Of a DNA stretch of 20,000 bases, positions 16,355 to 20,000 are shown piece by piece (within the stretch, counting starts at the first letter, position 1; each line of letters begins with the position of its first letter). Location of the stretch: IMG/VR virus record IMGVR_UViG_3300031957_001236; one strand, given 5' to 3'. The notes under the pieces were generated by a model. That model had not been told where the DNA came from. It saw nothing but the letters and a program-made list of their open reading frames with translations, and ran no database searches. Origin of the DNA: an uncultured virus (IMG/VR IMGVR_UViG_3300031957_001236) (lineage: Duplodnaviria > Heunggongvirae > Uroviricota > Caudoviricetes). A program made the position numbers and the translations under genes.

Positions 16355-17288
16355 AGTACATCATCGGTGAGATGAGTGTCTCACCTAAAACATTATACTT
16401 AGCCTCTACGGAGTAGGTCCCTTGGCCTGCTCCTAAATTTTGTATATCTCCACTTGTGAGAACGGAGGTATCAAAGGATAGTACCATGGTATTATCTGAT
16501 GTAGTGGCAATTAGAGAAGAAGTATCTCCATACCCTGAAACCTCTACCCATGAGGGAAGGTTGCTGTCCTCGTTGTGTTTCTTGATTAGGAACTTGGGAT
16601 CATCCACTAGAGATTGAGTAAAGGTGTTTTTTATTGTTTGATCAATGTTCCTGTTCATAACATTGACCTCCGTAGTGACCTTAAGATCAATCACCTCTCC
16701 TAAGCGAACTTCGTTAGGTATTAGCTTGTTTTTTGTACGAACCATTATAGGTTCTGTAGTTACAACAAGGTTATCTTGGAAGAGTTCTACATTGTTGATA
16801 ATTACCTGCCAATCTGAATCCTGTGTCATTTTGACAGTCCAGACCTCAATGTAATTACCTGCTCCACTGGCGGTGTTAAGTATGTAGTCTCCATTTATAT
16901 CTTGAGATCTAACACCTATTCGGCTCACACCGTCTAAAACCACACCAAACTGACCAGTGCCTAGCTTGAATATGGAACTAGTAGTAAGTCCTCCTGCTGC
17001 GTACTCAGCGGGGTCAAGGCAATCAGCAACAGTTCCTGCGGTTCCTGAAGTTGCCCATCTAAACTTTAGAGCGGCTCCTGATAAATAAGCCTCATCTACA
17101 ACCTGAGAGCTTGCAACTAAAATACTGCTAGGAGAGGTGTTGGCTGCTCTGGTGTGTAGGGTTACTGCACTGATGTCGTAAGGATCTTTGTAAGCCCCAT
17201 TAGATATAAAATTAGCTCTCAGGAGGACCCTGCTTAGGTTTCCTGGGCGATTGTGTCGTTCAACTACCTCTACTCCGTTTAGCTTCAT
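16341..17288 (-). CDS. Beta-rich hypothetical protein, possibly tandem Ig-like virion protein, 315 aa
   Basis: Two Ig-like patterns: KLGTGQFGV...GNYIEVWTV and FDTSVL...GTYSVEAKY. Same strand and codon style as the tail genes. Function is inferred only. Confidence 0.5.
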   Translation of the reverse strand: MKLNGVEVVERHNRPGNLSRVLLRANFISNGAYKDPYDISAVTLHTRAANTSPSSILVASSQVVDEAYLSGAALKFRWATSGTAGTVADCLDPAEYAAGGLTTSSIFKLGTGQFGVVLDGVSRIGVRSQDINGDYILNTASGAGNYIEVWTVKMTQDSDWQVIINNVELFQDNLVVTTEPIMVRTKNKLIPNEVRLGEVIDLKVTTEVNVMNRNIDQTIKNTFTQSLVDDPKFLIKKHNEDSNLPSWVEVSGYGDTSSLIATTSDNTMVLSFDTSVLTSGDIQNLGAGQGTYSVEAKYNVLGETLISPMMYFTVR

Positions 17289-17466
17289 TTATGTATTCCT
17301 GTTCTGCCTTCTTTTCATTCATCAGGAACTCTATGAAGCTCATTCTTTCTAGCTGGGTCATGGCTTTCACATCCTGATATGTGAAATTACAGTGCTTTAC
17401 AAGTATATAGGCTTGATTTAGCAGACCTTCTATATCTTTTCCGTCTACTAACTCGCTGTAAAAAAA
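17260..17466 (-). CDS. gp51: gp51-like baseplate/tail assembly chaperone segment, no own start codon; predicted to be reached by -1 frameshift from the gp26-like gene
   Basis: Open frame FFYSELVDGKDIEGLLNQAYILVKHCNFTYQDVKAMTQLERMSFIEFLMNEKKAEQEYINEAKRSRGS* matches the gp51-type pattern L..H...S..E...M...ER......L. A TGA lies immediately before the T7 run, and there is no ATG/GTG until after the conserved region begins. It fills the gap left in the ORF track. Confidence 0.78.
   Translation of the reverse strand, partial: FFYSELVDGKDIEGLLNQAYILVKHCNFTYQDVKAMTQLERMSFIEFLMNEKKAEQEYINEAKRSRGS
17418..17466 (-). promoter_or_regulatory. Candidate -1 programmed ribosomal frameshift signal: slippery U UUU UUU, 8-nt spacer, stem-loop
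   Basis: GAT TTT TTT ACA (T7 at 17460-17466); spacer ACAGCGAG; stem UUAGUAGAC (17451-17443) pairs with GUCUGCUAA (17426-17418), 9 bp with one G-U, 16-nt loop. Confidence 0.72.
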
Positions 17467-18152
17467 TCACGGGTTAACGGTAGCGTAATAGGACCGTCGA
17501 ATCCGCAGGAATCACACTGGATTCTCACCTCGTTGGTGATGCCATAATCAGCATTAGAAACTACAGAGATTATCTTGGTGATATCTCCAGCAGGGAGTCT
17601 CTTAATAAACTTAGCGAAGACATCCTTTCTAGTCACATCTTCGATCTTGTTAACAAATCTCCAAAGGTTGTCGCAAAGTTTATCCGAGTCGGAAATGTAA
17701 TCCTCATCCTTTACGCAAGCAGGACGAAGAGTTATTTTTTTCTTGGTTATAGGTAAGACAACCTCCATCTCCTCTTCTTCTAGATACTTAACAGGAAGCT
17801 TACTTATTTCAATGTTATAGTGCTTCTCGCTACCACAGCTAGGGCACCCGATAATAAACTTATAGGAATCACCGAAAGAGATCTCTCTAAGCTTGAATAG
17901 GCAGAATACCTTATCAATAACAAGAAGCTCACCCAGATCCTCAACATCTGTGAGACACTTGCTTAGAAGCATTGAGATTACATCCTCGTTACCTTTACCA
18001 CCTCGAAGCATTAGCTTCTCTTCCTCAAAGGTGATAGGCTTCATGGTAACCATTCTACCCGAAGGTAGTTTAACATGGATGCTTTCAGAAAGGGGGATGT
18101 CCTTTAGTAGATCGTCTACTAAATCATCCGCTGATTTTTTTTCATCTGACAT
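17448..18152 (-). CDS. gp26: T4 gp26-like baseplate hub assembly protein / tail assembly chaperone, 234 aa
   Basis: VKLPSGRMVTMKPITFEEEKLML, DKVFCLFKLREISFG...CPSCG, second CDSCG, and C-terminal DFF, all typical of the T4_baseplate (gp26) family; GGAG Shine-Dalgarno 7 nt before the ATG. Confidence 0.88.
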   Translation of the reverse strand: MSDEKKSADDLVDDLLKDIPLSESIHVKLPSGRMVTMKPITFEEEKLMLRGGKGNEDVISMLLSKCLTDVEDLGELLVIDKVFCLFKLREISFGDSYKFIIGCPSCGSEKHYNIEISKLPVKYLEEEEMEVVLPITKKKITLRPACVKDEDYISDSDKLCDNLWRFVNKIEDVTRKDVFAKFIKRLPAGDITKIISVVSNADYGITNEVRIQCDSCGFDGPITLPLTRDFFTAS

Positions 18153-18166
18153 AGAAAAACTCCGCT

Positions 18167-18185
18167 TTATTATAGTCTATAATAA
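18167..18185. promoter_or_regulatory. Palindromic back-to-back TATAAT boxes (candidate bidirectional promoter) between gp26-like and uvsW-like genes
   Basis: TTATTATAG-T-CTATAATAA, perfect 9-bp inverted repeat giving CTATAATAA on each strand within a 36-bp divergent gap; no recognisable -35 on either side. Confidence 0.6.
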
Positions 18186-18188
18186 GGT

Positions 18189-19553
18189 ATGAAAATTGTG
18201 ATTGGAACACAAAAGTCCAAACTCAAGACTGATAATCCTAAGATCCTAAAGGCTCTCAGTGATTTATATAGCTTCAAAATCCCAGGTGCTGAGTTTACAC
18301 CTGCCTATAGGCGTAGACAATGGGACGGTAAGAAGCGTTTCTTTACCAGGGGAGGACAGTTTGGTACTGGTATGCTTCCTTCTATCCTGGCTGATCTAGA
18401 GAAGATTGAGTGTGTTCCCGACTTGGAGTTCAAGAATGATGCACCTGAAACTGTGGGTATTAAATCTATTTCTCCTTTCACTTATTTTGATTATCAAGAA
18501 GAATCAATCAAATACGCCCTAGAGAATCATCGCTGTATTATCAAAGCTCCTACGGGTGCAGGCAAAACTTTAATCATGGCGGGGATCGTCAAGTCCCTCA
18601 TGGGCAAGAAGATGGTCATCCTCTTCAATGCTAAATCCCTCTTGAAGCAAACTTACGACTTCTTTGTGAACGAGTGTGGGTTTACTAATGTCGGTGTCTG
18701 CTTTGGTGAGGGTTATGAGGATGGTGAGATCATGCTTTGCACTGTCCAGAGCATTGAAAGAATTATCGACAATTATGTCACAGATGCCGAAGTTCTCATG
18801 GTTGACGAGGTTCATGAGTTTTCCAATGGTGAGTTCACCGTAGCAGCTATTGAGAGCTTCCCTAACGCTCCTTACAGGTACGGTTTCACTGCCACAGTGC
18901 CGCAGGATCCTATTCCTAGATGGACGCTCATATCGGCGTTTGGACCTATATATACATGTCGGACAACCCAAGATCTGATCGAGGATAATGTCCTGACCAA
19001 ACCAATCATACAAATGCTTCAAGTTCCTGAGTCAGAGGTGGATGATTCAGAGCTAGGATACCGAGGCGTGTATGAAGAACTTATCGTCAACAACGAAACT
19101 CGAAACAACATGATAAAAGATATCGTAAACGATATCAGATCTAAACATGAACAAGCCAGAATTCTTATACTCGTCAGAGACCTTGAGCACGGTAGAATCC
19201 TTCAGGAGGGAATTGGAGGATCTTGCTATTTCCTTAGAGGTGAGGATGACATCAGCAGTAGGTATTCCACAATACGCAGCTTTACAGAGTGTGGAGACAA
19301 CTCTATCCTCATTGGAACTAAAATTCTCCAAACCGGAGTTAACATACGCGAAATCACACATTTCATCAATGCTAGAGGACTTAAAAGTCCGATTGCAACC
19401 ATACAGGCACTCGGACGCTCTCTTCGTCGCCATGACAGTAAGGATGTCGTATTTGTCTATGATTTCATGGATACAGGAAAATATATTGCTGCCCACTCAG
19501 CTAAACGACTTTCAACCTATGTAAGTGAAGGTCATGAGGTTCACAAGATATGA
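18189..19553 (+). CDS. uvsW: UvsW-like superfamily II DNA helicase, 454 aa
   Basis: N-terminal YSFKIPGAEFTPAYRRRQWDGKKRFF (UvsW-type), Walker A APTGAGKT, Walker B DEVH, motif III TAT, motif VI QALGRSLR, VFVYDFMD. Confidence 0.92.
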   Translation: MKIVIGTQKSKLKTDNPKILKALSDLYSFKIPGAEFTPAYRRRQWDGKKRFFTRGGQFGTGMLPSILADLEKIECVPDLEFKNDAPETVGIKSISPFTYFDYQEESIKYALENHRCIIKAPTGAGKTLIMAGIVKSLMGKKMVILFNAKSLLKQTYDFFVNECGFTNVGVCFGEGYEDGEIMLCTVQSIERIIDNYVTDAEVLMVDEVHEFSNGEFTVAAIESFPNAPYRYGFTATVPQDPIPRWTLISAFGPIYTCRTTQDLIEDNVLTKPIIQMLQVPESEVDDSELGYRGVYEELIVNNETRNNMIKDIVNDIRSKHEQARILILVRDLEHGRILQEGIGGSCYFLRGEDDISSRYSTIRSFTECGDNSILIGTKILQTGVNIREITHFINARGLKSPIATIQALGRSLRRHDSKDVVFVYDFMDTGKYIAAHSAKRLSTYVSEGHEVHKI

Positions 19554-19777
19554 AAAGCGAAGAAGAACTTAAAAAGGCAAGAGGGCGTCTAACAGAAGCC
19601 GAGATGGCAACTATTAGATCCCTCAAAGGAACTCTCGAAATGTTTGAGAAGGATCCCTCCATCACCATGATCAAGATGAGAGAGATGCAGAACTTCTACA
19701 ACACCGTCCGTGTATTAAAGGATGGCTACATTGAGAAGATTATCAACCTCCTGAAAGAAGGCACTAAACTGGATTGA
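19550..19777 (+). CDS. Hypothetical small helical protein, 75 aa, coupled to the helicase
   Basis: ATGA overlap with the helicase stop; amphipathic helical sequence. Confidence 0.65.
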   Translation: MKSEEELKKARGRLTEAEMATIRSLKGTLEMFEKDPSITMIKMREMQNFYNTVRVLKDGYIEKIINLLKEGTKLD

Positions 19778-20000
19778 TTGGGTTACCAAACTCATCTAGT
19801 TCTTCTGGATACATTTGATCATACTTGTCTTGATCTAGCACGAACTCACCATTGATGAGTTGGTAGCATTGATTGAGTATGTCATGTGGGAATTCACCTT
19901 CACCGAAGAGAGTGTAATCTCCTGGTTGATAGTGAACTGCATCCAGCACATAGAGGTTAGGGCTTAACTTTACATATAATTCAGGTCCGAAGTGTGTCAT
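19764..20000 (-). CDS. Hypothetical acidic protein (78 aa, or C-terminus of a longer ORF); possibly tail-fibre assembly-like
   Basis: Open frame to the window edge, with ATG exactly at 20000. YQLINGEFVLDQDK resembles motifs in small tail-fibre-associated proteins; weak evidence. Confidence 0.45.
   Translation of the reverse strand: MTHFGPELYVKLSPNLYVLDAVHYQPGDYTLFGEGEFPHDILNQCYQLINGEFVLDQDKYDQMYPEELDEFGNPINPV

Noticed and set aside
17416..17450. Stop-codon reassignment (TAG read-through) as the explanation for the gap after gp26
   Set aside because: Reading through TAG TAG gives only a few residues before a TAA and no gp51-like sequence. All long ORFs are intact under the standard code, so there is no evidence of recoding.
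18135..18142. A8 run (GAA AAA AAA) in the first codons of the gp26-like gene as a second slippery site
   Set aside because: A-rich starts are common, the zero frame encodes the complete protein, and I found no supporting structure or meaningful alternative frame.
3023..19524. Short alternative-frame or antisense ORFs in the track (3023-3358, 9389-9571, 9612-9836, 11629-11880, 12677-12868, 14640-15008, 14962-15267, 15480-15737, 15506-15730, 15734-16102, 15741-16178, 15916-16098, 16645-16854, 17893-18192, 18570-19022, 19053-19496, 19147-19524)
   Set aside because: All lie within well-supported genes, have shadow-like composition (often Ser/Thr/Leu-rich) and show no recognisable motifs.
1..20000. 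tRNA/ncRNA genes, introns, inteins, homing endonucleases, DGR template repeats, intrinsic terminators
   Set aside because: Only two gaps of about 36-41 bp exist, primase and helicase are of normal length without intein motifs, and I saw no long repeats or hairpin-U-tract terminators by eye.

Overview
This window is part of a large contractile-tailed dsDNA phage genome (T4-like myovirus, Caudoviricetes), almost fully coding. A minus-strand, translationally coupled tail/baseplate operon runs from 14344 off the left edge. In order it encodes a gp2-like protein, tape measure, tube initiator, gp53/LysM wedge, hub, gp5/gpV-like spike, a 901-aa LamG protein, gp25, gp6, and a >993-aa gp7/P2-gpI-like protein that is missing from the ORF track. 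A second minus-strand unit (gp26-like, gp51-like, Ig-like protein) is separated from it by an inverted, GC-richer plus-strand cassette (96-aa ORF, Fe-S PD-(D/E)XK nuclease, DnaG-type primase) with its own TTGAAA-17-TATAAT promoter. A UvsW-like helicase and a small ORF follow on the plus strand. The best hidden signal is a candidate -1 programmed ribosomal frameshift. A U7 slippery site at the end of the gp26-like gene, followed 8 nt later by a 9-bp hairpin, leads into a start-less gp51-like frame, giving a lambda G/GT-style gp26-gp51 fusion. Both divergent gene junctions also carry palindromic promoter-like elements. All family assignments come from motif recognition by eye, not from database searches.
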